NCBI GenBank assembly: GCA_016929135.1
Contig: JAFGJK010000030.1
Coordinates: forward strand, 5,531-69,530
Direction of reading: 5' to 3'
DNA from: Spirochaetota bacterium
Lineage (GTDB): Bacteria; Spirochaetota; UBA4802; UBA5550
DNA: 64,000 bases
The notes beneath the pieces were generated by a model. That model searched no databases. It saw nothing but the letters and a program-made list of their open reading frames with translations, and was not told the origin of the DNA. Shown here piece by piece: positions 37,971-47,311 of the stretch (positions within the stretch are counted from its first letter, which is position 1; each line of letters starts with the position of its first letter). Made by a program: the position numbers and the translations under genes.

Positions 37971-39371
37971 ATGGTGGAAATCGACAAAAAACTTGCTATC
38001 CCTCAGGGGATGTGCCGGAGCCTGATCCAAATCGTGGAAAGGTTCGCGGAGAAGGGGCACCAGTGCTACCTGGTGGGCGGTTCGGTGCGCGACCTTGTCC
38101 TGAATTCCGAGGCCTTCGATTACGATCTCGCCACCGATGCCAGGCCCGCTGATATGATGAAGCTCTTCAGGAAGGTGATCCCCACGGGGATCAAGCACGG
38201 CACCGTCTCGGTAATCCTGAACAAGAAATCCTTCGAGATCACCACCTACCGTTCCGACGGCAAATACGTGGACGGCAGGCACCCGGAGAAGGTGACATTC
38301 TCCGACACGCTTGAGCAGGACGTCCAGCGCCGCGATTTCACCATCAACGGCCTCGCCTACGACCTGGTGCACCAAAAGATCATCGACTATGTGAGCGGCT
38401 ATGCCGACCTGGAGAAGAAGATCATCCGTACGATCGGTGATCCCATGGAGCGATTCACCGAGGACGGCCTGCGCCCCCTCAGGGCCTGCAGGTTCGCGGC
38501 CAAGCTCAATTTCGCCATCGAAGAGGAGACCCTGGAGGCCATCTCTCGGACGCTCCACGTGACGGCGAAGGTCTCGGCGGAGAGGGTTCGCGACGAGATA
38601 CTGAAGCTCATGGAGACGCCGAAGCCCTCGGTGGGTTTCGAGCATATGCGGCGGACAGGGCTGCTGTCCCTGGTGCTCCCGGAGCTCGACGCCTCCTTCA
38701 ACGTATCGCAGAACAGGTTCCACCGGTACGACATATACTACCACAGCGTACTCTCCTGCGACGCGGCCCCGCAGGACAGGCCGATCATCAGGCTCGCCGC
38801 CCTCCTCCACGATATCGGCAAGGTGCCCTCGCGGCGCCCGGGCCCCAACGGCGACAACACCTTCTACAACCACGAGATCATCGGCGCCAAGATGGCCAGA
38901 AAGATCATGAAGCGCCTGAAATTCTCCAACGAGCAGACGGAGAAGGTGACGAACCTCATCACCAACCACATGTTCCACTACACCGACGAGTGGACTGACG
39001 GAGCGGTGCGCCGCTTTATACGGAAGGTGGGGCTCGACGCCATAGACGACCTGATCACACTGCGCCTCGCCGACAGGAAGGGGAACGGCGCCAGAAGCGG
39101 ACTCCCCGCTCCCATTGGCACCCTCATGACGAAGATCCGGGAGGTGATCGAGGCCGACAATGCCTTTACAGTGCGCGATCTGGACATCAACGGCAATGTC
39201 ATCATGGAGACCTTCAACCTCCAGCCGGGTCCGATTATCGGCACGGTATTGAACGAACTGCTGGAGATGGTGCTGGACAACCCTGACCTCAACAGGCGCG
39301 ACCTGCTCCTGGACAAGGCGGGGGAGATAATCGACCGCCAGCCCATACAGAGCCGGGCAACACCCGATTAA
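37971..39371 (+). CDS. cca: CCA tRNA nucleotidyltransferase with HD domain
   Basis: YLVGGSVRD, DYD, RRDFTIN, EDGLRPLR (EDxxR), intact flexible loop YRSDGKYVDGRHP and LLHDIGK. Confidence 0.92.
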   Translation: MVEIDKKLAIPQGMCRSLIQIVERFAEKGHQCYLVGGSVRDLVLNSEAFDYDLATDARPADMMKLFRKVIPTGIKHGTVSVILNKKSFEITTYRSDGKYVDGRHPEKVTFSDTLEQDVQRRDFTINGLAYDLVHQKIIDYVSGYADLEKKIIRTIGDPMERFTEDGLRPLRACRFAAKLNFAIEEETLEAISRTLHVTAKVSAERVRDEILKLMETPKPSVGFEHMRRTGLLSLVLPELDASFNVSQNRFHRYDIYYHSVLSCDAAPQDRPIIRLAALLHDIGKVPSRRPGPNGDNTFYNHEIIGAKMARKIMKRLKFSNEQTEKVTNLITNHMFHYTDEWTDGAVRRFIRKVGLDAIDDLITLRLADRKGNGARSGLPAPIGTLMTKIREVIEADNAFTVRDLDINGNVIMETFNLQPGPIIGTVLNELLEMVLDNPDLNRRDLLLDKAGEIIDRQPIQSRATPD

Positions 39372-39374
39372 TTC

Positions 39375-39402
39375 TTGACGTCATCAGAGAGGTTCGTATA
39401 AT
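39375..39402 (+). promoter_or_regulatory. sigma70 promoter for the HDOD gene
   Basis: TTGACG-N16-TATAAT. Confidence 0.7.
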
Positions 39403-39443
39403 TCACAAAAATAACAGTCAACCTGAATGATTATACACCGACA

Positions 39444-40931
39444 ATGAAAAAACTGAACAAACCGAAGCTCACGGAAAAGATACACCGGCACGAGCCGATC
39501 AAACTCAGCTTTAAATACATCGACGAGGACATCCTCATCATCACCAACAGCATCCTCGCAAGAATCCTTGCGGAAACGGACCAGATCTACCTTCTCAACA
39601 CCGCCATCACCGTGATGCGGGAGATCCTGGTGAACGCCCTCAAGGCGAACGCGAAGCGGGTCTACTTCAAGAAATTGAACCTGGACATCAATAACCCGCA
39701 GGATTACGAGCGGGGGATAGCGGACTTCAAGAACAACATCATCGGTGAATTCGACCTTATCGAGTCCGACCTCAACAACAGCGATTACTTCGTGGAGACC
39801 CTTTTCCATGAACAGAACATCCGCCTGGTGATTCAGGTCTCGAACAATTCCCCGATCCTGCCGGAGGAGATGGAGCGCATCCAGTACCGGATACAGAAGG
39901 CGGTGACCCTGAAGGACTTCACCGACGCATACGAGGACATACAGGACAGCACCGAGGGGGCCGGCCTGGGGATCGTACTCACCATCCTCCTCCTCAACAA
40001 TATGGGCGTGGACGCAAGAAATTTCAAGATCGCCCGGAAGGGGAACCTCACCGTCACCTCCATCACCATACCGCGCGAGCTGAAGCCGCAGGAGGTGGTG
40101 ACGCTGGTGAAGGAGAAGATACTCGCCGAGATCGAGGGGATCCCCACCTTCCCGGAGAACATCCTCGTGCTGCAGCGGCTCTGCAACGATCCGGACGCGT
40201 CGATCGAAGAGATATCGCGCCGCATCTCCAGCGACCCGGCGCTTACCACAGACATCATCAAGCTCTCCAACTCCGCCGGCTTCGTCCCCGGGAAGAGGAT
40301 CGAGACGGTCTCGACGGCGGTCATGACCATCGGCCTGAAGAACGTGAACGCCATACTCCTTGCATCCAGCGCCAGGCGGATATTAAACGAGCGGTATACC
40401 ACATACGAGCAGATCTGGACCCACTGTAACAGGACCGCTTTTTACGCCAGGAGCATCGCCCTGAAGTTCAAGCTCACCTCCATATACGAGAACGTCTACA
40501 TCGCCGGCCTGCTCCACGATCTGGGGAAGATCATCCTGCTCGCCACTGACCTGCCCCTCACCGAGAAGATCGCGGAGATCGTCCAGGACAGGAAGGGGCC
40601 TGCCTCCTCCTCGGTGATCGAGGAGATGGCCATCGGAATAAGCCATTCCACGATCGGCGGTATGGTGGCCGAAAAATGGTACTTTCCTGACTACCTGGTG
40701 GCGGCCATCCGGTACCACCACTCGCCGCAAAATGCGGACGAAAAATTCCGCGACATCGTCTACACGGTGTACCTGGCCAACATGATCTGCGGGATCGAGG
40801 GGAGGAGGTACTCCTACCCCTACATCGACGACACGGTGCTTGAATACTTCAAGATGGAGGACCCGGAAGAGTTCGAGAGCTACCGGACCCTCCTGAAAAA
40901 ACAGTACGAGAACCTGATCACCACGAATTAG
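39444..40931 (+). CDS. HATPase-like plus HDOD domain signalling protein
   Basis: N-terminal REILVNALKAN and GAGLG; HDOD motifs IPTFPE, DPALTTDIIKLSNS, AGLLHDLGK and AIRYHH. Confidence 0.88.
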   Translation: MKKLNKPKLTEKIHRHEPIKLSFKYIDEDILIITNSILARILAETDQIYLLNTAITVMREILVNALKANAKRVYFKKLNLDINNPQDYERGIADFKNNIIGEFDLIESDLNNSDYFVETLFHEQNIRLVIQVSNNSPILPEEMERIQYRIQKAVTLKDFTDAYEDIQDSTEGAGLGIVLTILLLNNMGVDARNFKIARKGNLTVTSITIPRELKPQEVVTLVKEKILAEIEGIPTFPENILVLQRLCNDPDASIEEISRRISSDPALTTDIIKLSNSAGFVPGKRIETVSTAVMTIGLKNVNAILLASSARRILNERYTTYEQIWTHCNRTAFYARSIALKFKLTSIYENVYIAGLLHDLGKIILLATDLPLTEKIAEIVQDRKGPASSSVIEEMAIGISHSTIGGMVAEKWYFPDYLVAAIRYHHSPQNADEKFRDIVYTVYLANMICGIEGRRYSYPYIDDTVLEYFKMEDPEEFESYRTLLKKQYENLITTN

Positions 40932-40951
40932 CGGGCGCCGCCGCGGCACCG

Positions 40952-42616
40952 CTATTCCCGGACATCCCCCATGCCGCCGGTCTGCTCCACCTCTTCGACC
41001 CTGGCGTCGATGAACCATACCGGCGGAAAGAAGAGCCCCTCATTCATGTGGTACTGCTTTCTCTGCACGACATCGCTCAGGGTGGTCTTCACCAGTGCCG
41101 GAACGAAGTCCGACGTGATCCCGCGCACGGTGGGGATGAAGGAGATGCCGTAGGTATCGGCGGGGTTCTTCCTGATGACGATACCCAGCGGAAAGGGGAA
41201 GGGGTACCCCTTCTTCTGGCGGTAGAAGCGCATCTCCCCGGCATCTGCCACGGGGCTCCAGAAGGAGATGGCGCCGTCGGTGATGAGCACCTTCCCCAGG
41301 GGGCCCGCCGAACCGGCACCCCCCCGGAGCGACCGCTCCGCCGCCCTGAGAAGCACCGCGTCGATGTTATTGTACAGCTTCCCGGCGTTCAGGACCGGGT
41401 TGAAGGTCACCCTGGTGTAGAGGTCCGGCATGTTGTGCGGGTCCGGTGCGATGCCCCGTTTTTCCAAGAAGATCTCCTCGAAGCGGTCTCCGGCCCTCCG
41501 GTTTCTCCGCTGCCTTCCGGAGGCCAGGATCCCGTCCCTCCAGGACTTCACATAGAGGTCCGACCTGAAGAGTCTCCCCCCCTCCATGTAGAGCTCCACG
41601 GCGCCGCCGTCCTTGTCATAGACCCGCTGGTGGTAGGCCACGCCCAGGTTCACTCCCCCCGAGGCGTCGGCGAGCCGCTCCAGCACCGTGTCCCGATCGT
41701 CCCGCATCCCGCCGCCGGAGATCCCGTGCACCGCGATCCCCCGCTTCCCGGCGCGCACCCCGTACTGCGCTGCCACCCGGGAGTCCGGGAAGCCGGAGGC
41801 GGCGATGACGATGATCATCTTCTTCGCCCCCTGACGCCAGGCGATGTTCTTCACCGCGTACTCCAGAGCCCGGTCGAACCCCCCCGAGGCCCCCGCGGGA
41901 TTCACGGCGGCGAGTTTTTTCCTGAGCTGGTTCAGGGAGTTGTGCACGGCGAAGCCTGACTGCGCCGCCACCTTCTTCGAATAGGGGATGAAGTATATCC
42001 TGGAATCGATACCCAGCGTGTCCACCGCCCTTGAGGAGAGGCCGTAGACCGCCCGCCTGACGGAGCCCCAGTCCCCGCTCATGGCATAGGACATGTCCAC
42101 CACGAATGCCAGGTCCAGGGTGGAGGCCTCCCGGGCCGCCTTCCTGTCCCGGTACTGCACAAAGGCCTCCTTCATCTCCGCCTCCGCGAGCTTGAAGAGG
42201 GAGCGCGCCGATACCCTGAAGTTCCCGCAGACCCGCCGCTCCGCGGTGCTGAAGAGGACGCTCTCGGAACGATAGCTCTTCTTCACCCTCGTGAGCGTCC
42301 CCAGGATGATGTAGTCGTAGCGCCCCCGCCTCCCCAAGCGCGACAGGTCATCGGCGGTGATCACCGAGGCCGGGTCGATCCCCAGGGACCGCATGTCCCC
42401 CTCCAGGAGCCCCGGCGACGCGATCACCAGCTCACGCTTCGCCACTACGGCGGCCAGCGACAGGAGCCGCGCGTACTCGGCCCCCTGCTCCGCGGTGAGG
42501 AGCTCCGAGGGGTTCTCCACCCTGTAGGGGAGAATCGCCGTTTCCGCGCGAAGCACGTTCGCCGCGGCGAGGACCGCGATGAGCGGCAGGATGAGCAGGG
42601 ATAATGACTTTTTCAT
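40952..42616 (-). CDS. exported von Willebrand factor A domain protein
   Basis: Signal peptide MKKSLSLLILPLIAVLAAA; MIDAS motif DLAFVVDMSYAM; WRQGAKKMIIVIA. Confidence 0.8.
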   Translation of the reverse strand: MKKSLSLLILPLIAVLAAANVLRAETAILPYRVENPSELLTAEQGAEYARLLSLAAVVAKRELVIASPGLLEGDMRSLGIDPASVITADDLSRLGRRGRYDYIILGTLTRVKKSYRSESVLFSTAERRVCGNFRVSARSLFKLAEAEMKEAFVQYRDRKAAREASTLDLAFVVDMSYAMSGDWGSVRRAVYGLSSRAVDTLGIDSRIYFIPYSKKVAAQSGFAVHNSLNQLRKKLAAVNPAGASGGFDRALEYAVKNIAWRQGAKKMIIVIAASGFPDSRVAAQYGVRAGKRGIAVHGISGGGMRDDRDTVLERLADASGGVNLGVAYHQRVYDKDGGAVELYMEGGRLFRSDLYVKSWRDGILASGRQRRNRRAGDRFEEIFLEKRGIAPDPHNMPDLYTRVTFNPVLNAGKLYNNIDAVLLRAAERSLRGGAGSAGPLGKVLITDGAISFWSPVADAGEMRFYRQKKGYPFPFPLGIVIRKNPADTYGISFIPTVRGITSDFVPALVKTTLSDVVQRKQYHMNEGLFFPPVWFIDARVEEVEQTGGMGDVRE

Positions 42617-42768
42617 CGTGTTCGATCGCCGTGGCCCGGCGCCGCGGCGCCATGCCATAATGGCGCATCATACTGCTTCCACCTGTTATGGCAACAACAT
42701 TTCCGGCTTCCCCTCGGCGCGGTCCGGCTCCTCCGTGCCGCGCCGAGGTCCGGGGAGACGATAATTTC

Positions 42769-42797
42769 TTGACAGCCGGCTCCGGCATCGATACACT
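42769..42797 (+). promoter_or_regulatory. sigma70 promoter
   Basis: TTGACA-N17-TACACT, followed by a GGGAGG RBS. Confidence 0.7.
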
Positions 42798-42823
42798 CTG
42801 GGAAAAATTCCAGGGAGGATTGA

Positions 42824-43039
42824 ATGGAAAAGATCAAATCGTACATGATGTCAATCGGCGGGTTCATCGCCGTCGCCGGCATCCTTTCGATAATACTCTC
42901 CTTTATCGGGTACAACCTGAGGATCCTCATGTGGATCGACATGTGGGGGCCCACCATGGGATGGATCATTCGTATCGGCCTGGTGGTCCTGGGCGGCATT
43001 CTCTTCATTATCGGAAAGCTCTCCTCCAGGCAGGCATAG
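42824..43039 (+). CDS. 71-aa membrane protein
   Basis: Own promoter and RBS; two TM helices flanking LMWIDMWG. Confidence 0.8.
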   Translation: MEKIKSYMMSIGGFIAVAGILSIILSFIGYNLRILMWIDMWGPTMGWIIRIGLVVLGGILFIIGKLSSRQA

Positions 43040-43042
43040 CTT

Positions 43043-44245
43043 CTACCTCTCCGGTGGGGCGCCCCCCGGGGCCCTGGATGCCACCAGGGACTCCCCATCG
43101 TAGAGGAATCTCTTCCTCATGAACTCCTCGCCCAGACCGGATGACACGTAGCAGCCCCCCCCGATTCTCGCCCCCTCGGCGATCCTGCAGTCCTTGCCGA
43201 TGAGCGTAACGCTCTCGAAGAGGGAGCGGGGAAAATCCGTATTCTTGATATGCTCCTCGGAGCTGCCGACCCTGCAGGAGGCACCGATGTTGTCCCACTG
43301 CTCCTCCGGCTCCCTTCTGGTCCGCTCGTCGATGACGGCGCACTCGATCCTGGACCCCTCGCCGATCCTGACGTAGGGGAGCAGTATGGAATCTATCACG
43401 GTGCTCCCCCTGCCGATATTGACTCCGGGAAAGATGATGGAGTTTTCCACCGTCCCGTTGATGCTGCAGAAATCGGAGATGAAGGAGCGCCTGACCCTCG
43501 CCTCCCTTCCTATCACGGCGTAGCCGTCCGCCAGGATCTTGCTCTGGATGATCTTCTCGTGGTAGAGGAGCCCGAATATCTCGCTGTTGCGTATGATATC
43601 GAAATTCAACGAATAGTAGTCGGTGACGCTCCGCACCGGCCAGTAGTGGCCCTGTATGCTGCTCTTGTCGATCCCCCGGTTGATGAGGATGTTGATGATC
43701 ATCTCGAAGATGTTGGGCGATTCCCGGCGATCCTTCATGGCCTGGTTCACCACCTTCAGGAGCGTCTTCTGGTCCGCCACGAGGGCTTTGTGTGCCATGG
43801 AGTGCTTCCCCTCCACCGGCAGCCGGAAGAGCATTGCCTTGGCCCGCTTCTCCTTGAAGCGCGTCATCACCCTGTTGAAGTCGAGTATGGAGGGATTATC
43901 TCCATTATAGAGTATATAATAATGGGTGTTGCTGTCCAGAATGAGGTTATAGAAGATGCCGATATCTGAGTACTTCCTGGAGACCACCTTCACCGGGGGG
44001 AACTTCTGGTCATCGAAGGGACCGTAGAGTGAGATGTACTCCTCCAGGTCGTCATCGATGTTGTTGTAGAGTATGGTGCGCCGCGCCCCGGAGGAGAAGG
44101 AATTCCGCAACGTGAAATCCACCACGCGGAACCTGCCGGCGAAAGGGAGCATGTACTGAGACCTGGCCTCTGTGAGCGAGAGGAGCGATGCGCTCCCGCT
44201 CCCGGGGTATGATATGATGGTACAGTCGTTCATCTGTCCGTGCAT
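43043..44245 (-). CDS. ADP-glucose pyrophosphorylase family protein, GlgD-like
   Basis: LTEARSQYMLPFAGRFRVVDFTLRN and a C-terminal beta-helix (GTVENSIIFPGV). Lacks the GGxGxRL loop. Confidence 0.8.
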   Translation of the reverse strand: MHGQMNDCTIISYPGSGSASLLSLTEARSQYMLPFAGRFRVVDFTLRNSFSSGARRTILYNNIDDDLEEYISLYGPFDDQKFPPVKVVSRKYSDIGIFYNLILDSNTHYYILYNGDNPSILDFNRVMTRFKEKRAKAMLFRLPVEGKHSMAHKALVADQKTLLKVVNQAMKDRRESPNIFEMIINILINRGIDKSSIQGHYWPVRSVTDYYSLNFDIIRNSEIFGLLYHEKIIQSKILADGYAVIGREARVRRSFISDFCSINGTVENSIIFPGVNIGRGSTVIDSILLPYVRIGEGSRIECAVIDERTRREPEEQWDNIGASCRVGSSEEHIKNTDFPRSLFESVTLIGKDCRIAEGARIGGGCYVSSGLGEEFMRKRFLYDGESLVASRAPGGAPPER

Positions 44246-44441
44246 CTATGGTGTATGATGCCCCGCACCGCCGGAGAGCGTTTTCCGGGTATACGGGACG
44301 GGCCCCACGGGAATAGCCTGGTGCCCCGCTGCCGCTGTGATTATCATGGTTATTGTTACAAACAGGGACGATATCAATCCACTAAAAAAATAATTCTTGC
44401 ACAAAAAATCAATTAAAAAAATAATCTGAAGACCGCTATCC

Positions 44442-45974
44442 ATGGAAACGCGCACCGTTACATTGCTCCCCGGGGGAAGAGCCTTCCCCTTCAGTGAGGG
44501 ATCGCTCCTCATCGACATCCTGGCCGACGCCGGCGTGCATGTCAATTCCCCCTGCGGCGGCAAGGGGATCTGCGGCAGGTGCCTTGTCCGCGCCGAGGGG
44601 AGCCTCTCGCCGGTCACCCCCCAGGAGGCGAGATTCCTCCGTGAGCCCGGTAGCAGGCTCGCCTGCCTGGCCAGGGCGACGGGGGACATCACCGTGACGG
44701 TCCCGGCGACGGGCTTCGGGGAGCGGGATCACGCCTTCACCGCTGAGCCCGGGGCCCGCTACGGCATGGCGGTGGACATCGGTACCACCACCATCAAGGC
44801 CTCCCTTGTGGACAGGGTCAGCGGCATCGCCAGCCCGGTGGCCACCTCCCTGAATCCCCAGCGGCGCTACGGCCACGACGTCATCACCCGCATCGCCGCC
44901 TCGGCGGACCCCGAGGTTCACCGGAGGCTGGTGGACCTCCTGAGGGGCGAGATCGCGGCGATGGCGGAGTACGCGCTCTCGCTCACCGGCGGCGCCATCG
45001 ACAGCCTTGCCTTCTCCGGCAATACCGTGATGACCTCGTACCTCCTGGGCCTGGACGTGCGTCCCCTGGGAGTCTACCCCTACAGGGCGCCGCAGGTTGA
45101 CTTCTCTGCGGAGTCCCCCGTAGCGATCGGCCTCTCCATGGCGTCCCCGGGGGGCCTGCAGGTGAACCCGGCGGCCTCGGCCTTCCTGGGGGGCGACCTG
45201 GTGGGGGGCCTGGCCCTGCTGCACGGGAGGGGCCTCCGGGAACGGATCTTCTTCATCGACCTGGGGACCAACGGGGAGATGTTCCTGTCAGGCGCCGACG
45301 GCGAGGTGAGCGCCGCCTCCTGCGCCATGGGGCCGGCCCTGGAGGGGATGAGCATCCATCACGGCATGACCGCCTCAGAGGGGGCCATCACCAGGGTGAC
45401 CCTGGCGGGGGACCGGCTTGCGTGCGGCGTCCTGGGGGGCGGCACCCCGGTGGGGATCAGCGGCACCGGCATCATCGATCTCCTGGCGCTCCTCCTGCGC
45501 CGCGGGGTGATCGACCGGACCGGCCGGTTCGCGGGGGATGCCGAGCGGGAGGCCCGGGCCCTGGGAATGGGATGGAACGCCCACGGGAAGGCCCTGGAGC
45601 TCCCGGGGGGCGTCCTCTTCACCCAGAGAGACGTCCGGAGCGTCCAGCTCGCCAAGGGGGCGAGCCTGGCGGCGGCGGCGATGCTCCTCCGGGAGACCGG
45701 CACCCCTCCCGACTCGGTGGCCACCGTGGCCATCGCCGGGGCATTCGGCGAGCACATGGACATCGGGAATTTCAGGGCCCTGGGGTTCCTGCCGGACTTT
45801 CCCGTCGCGGAGTACCGCTTCCTGGGGAACACCAGCCTGCAGTCGGCGGAGCGGTCCTGCCTCGATCCCGGGTTTCACCGGACGATGACACGCCTGCGGA
45901 ACGCCATACGGGTGGTGGAGCTGAACGAGCTGGAGGGGTTCAACGAGGCCTACATCAGGGCGCTGGATTTCTAG
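44442..45974 (+). CDS. 2Fe-2S/ASKHA ATPase, reductive activator of corrinoid proteins (RACo/DUF4445)
   Basis: CGGKGICGRC...RLAC, VDIGTTT, NPQRRYGHDVITRI, IDLGTNGE, GPALEG and IAGAFG. Confidence 0.92.
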   Translation: METRTVTLLPGGRAFPFSEGSLLIDILADAGVHVNSPCGGKGICGRCLVRAEGSLSPVTPQEARFLREPGSRLACLARATGDITVTVPATGFGERDHAFTAEPGARYGMAVDIGTTTIKASLVDRVSGIASPVATSLNPQRRYGHDVITRIAASADPEVHRRLVDLLRGEIAAMAEYALSLTGGAIDSLAFSGNTVMTSYLLGLDVRPLGVYPYRAPQVDFSAESPVAIGLSMASPGGLQVNPAASAFLGGDLVGGLALLHGRGLRERIFFIDLGTNGEMFLSGADGEVSAASCAMGPALEGMSIHHGMTASEGAITRVTLAGDRLACGVLGGGTPVGISGTGIIDLLALLLRRGVIDRTGRFAGDAEREARALGMGWNAHGKALELPGGVLFTQRDVRSVQLAKGASLAAAAMLLRETGTPPDSVATVAIAGAFGEHMDIGNFRALGFLPDFPVAEYRFLGNTSLQSAERSCLDPGFHRTMTRLRNAIRVVELNELEGFNEAYIRALDF

Positions 45975-46290
45975 GGGGCATCATACAGAGAAATATCGGC
46001 TCACAGCGGCCCCGGAGGGATTTTCCGAGGCACGCCTGTGTTGTTCCTCAATGCACCATTGCGTCCACCTCTTTTATACAGACAACAGGCTCGTCCCTCT
46101 CTTTTTTTCTCGGATTGATATCCTGCCACGATTTCATATAACGGCCGCGGAGAGGCGCTCCCTGGATTGTACTTGACAATGAATTACCGTCACACAATAC
46201 TTGAAGCAATTCGGCATATCCTGAGCCGGTGTATTCGCACGCATACTGTGGCTCCATTGCAATGTATGCGGTTCTGAATGGGAGTCGAAT

Positions 46291-47277
46291 ATGAATGCCG
46301 GTTGCACACAGAGAATTACGCTTGCGGGGGTAATTCTTTTTTCCCTCGTGCTGACGGGATTGATCGGCATCATCGACATAATCACCACCTCGCGATTCAG
46401 GCTCTTCTCTCTCTATCTGATCCCGATATTCATCGCGACATATTACTACAACCGCATCTTCGGGCTTGTTATGGGCCTGTTATCGTCATTTTTCATATAC
46501 CTGACAAACGTCAACGGAATCATGCGAATAGATTCGGCACATCTCTGGAACTCGGGCATGATGCTGATTATCTACGTGCTGGTTGTATTTCTGATCAACC
46601 TTCTCAAGAACCGCGTCGCAGCGGAAAGGAGGAAGGAGAAGAGATACTTTGAAGAAAAGCTGGAGATAATCAATAAGAATTTAAAAGACAAGGAGATTCT
46701 GATCAGGGAAATCCACCACCGTATGAAAAACAACCTCGCCGAGATCGATTCTCTGATCTCTCTCTCCTCCGGCGACAGTCAGGATGAAAACCTCGAGGCA
46801 ATACGGCGGAGACTGCACGTCTACAAGCTGCTCTACGAAAAGCTGACCTACAGCGACCAAAGCAACGATGAGATATTGCTGAACGACTACCTTTCTGACA
46901 TATCAGGATACATCCTCGAAAAGGATTCAGAAGACAGGAAAAGGATACAGCTGAAGCTTACCGGCGGAGATTTCCCCATCACAATGAAGGCGGCAACCCT
47001 CATCGGCCTCATCATCAATGAACTGCTCACGAATTCCCTGCGGCATGCCTTCCCCGGGGATACGAAGGGGCTGATCCGGATAGAATCGGCCATACGCGGC
47101 AGGGTTGTCTCAATGATGTATGAGGACAGCGGTCCCGGTTTCGAGTTCGGCGCGGAGAATAAAACAGGCGGTCATATCGGGATGCTCTTGATACAGACGC
47201 TGACCGAACAGATGCACGGCCGTATGCACTATTCCAGGATGCCGGGACCCCATTTCGATTTCGAATTCACTGTCTAA
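46291..47277 (+). CDS. membrane sensor histidine kinase (HisKA_2 type)
   Basis: About 4 TM helices; EIHHRMKNNL, NELLTNSLRHAF, DSGPGF and IGMLLI. Confidence 0.9.
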   Translation: MNAGCTQRITLAGVILFSLVLTGLIGIIDIITTSRFRLFSLYLIPIFIATYYYNRIFGLVMGLLSSFFIYLTNVNGIMRIDSAHLWNSGMMLIIYVLVVFLINLLKNRVAAERRKEKRYFEEKLEIINKNLKDKEILIREIHHRMKNNLAEIDSLISLSSGDSQDENLEAIRRRLHVYKLLYEKLTYSDQSNDEILLNDYLSDISGYILEKDSEDRKRIQLKLTGGDFPITMKAATLIGLIINELLTNSLRHAFPGDTKGLIRIESAIRGRVVSMMYEDSGPGFEFGAENKTGGHIGMLLIQTLTEQMHGRMHYSRMPGPHFDFEFTV

Positions 47278-47311
47278 CGGACAGTGCATCAGAGACGCAG
47301 CCTGCGGCCGC

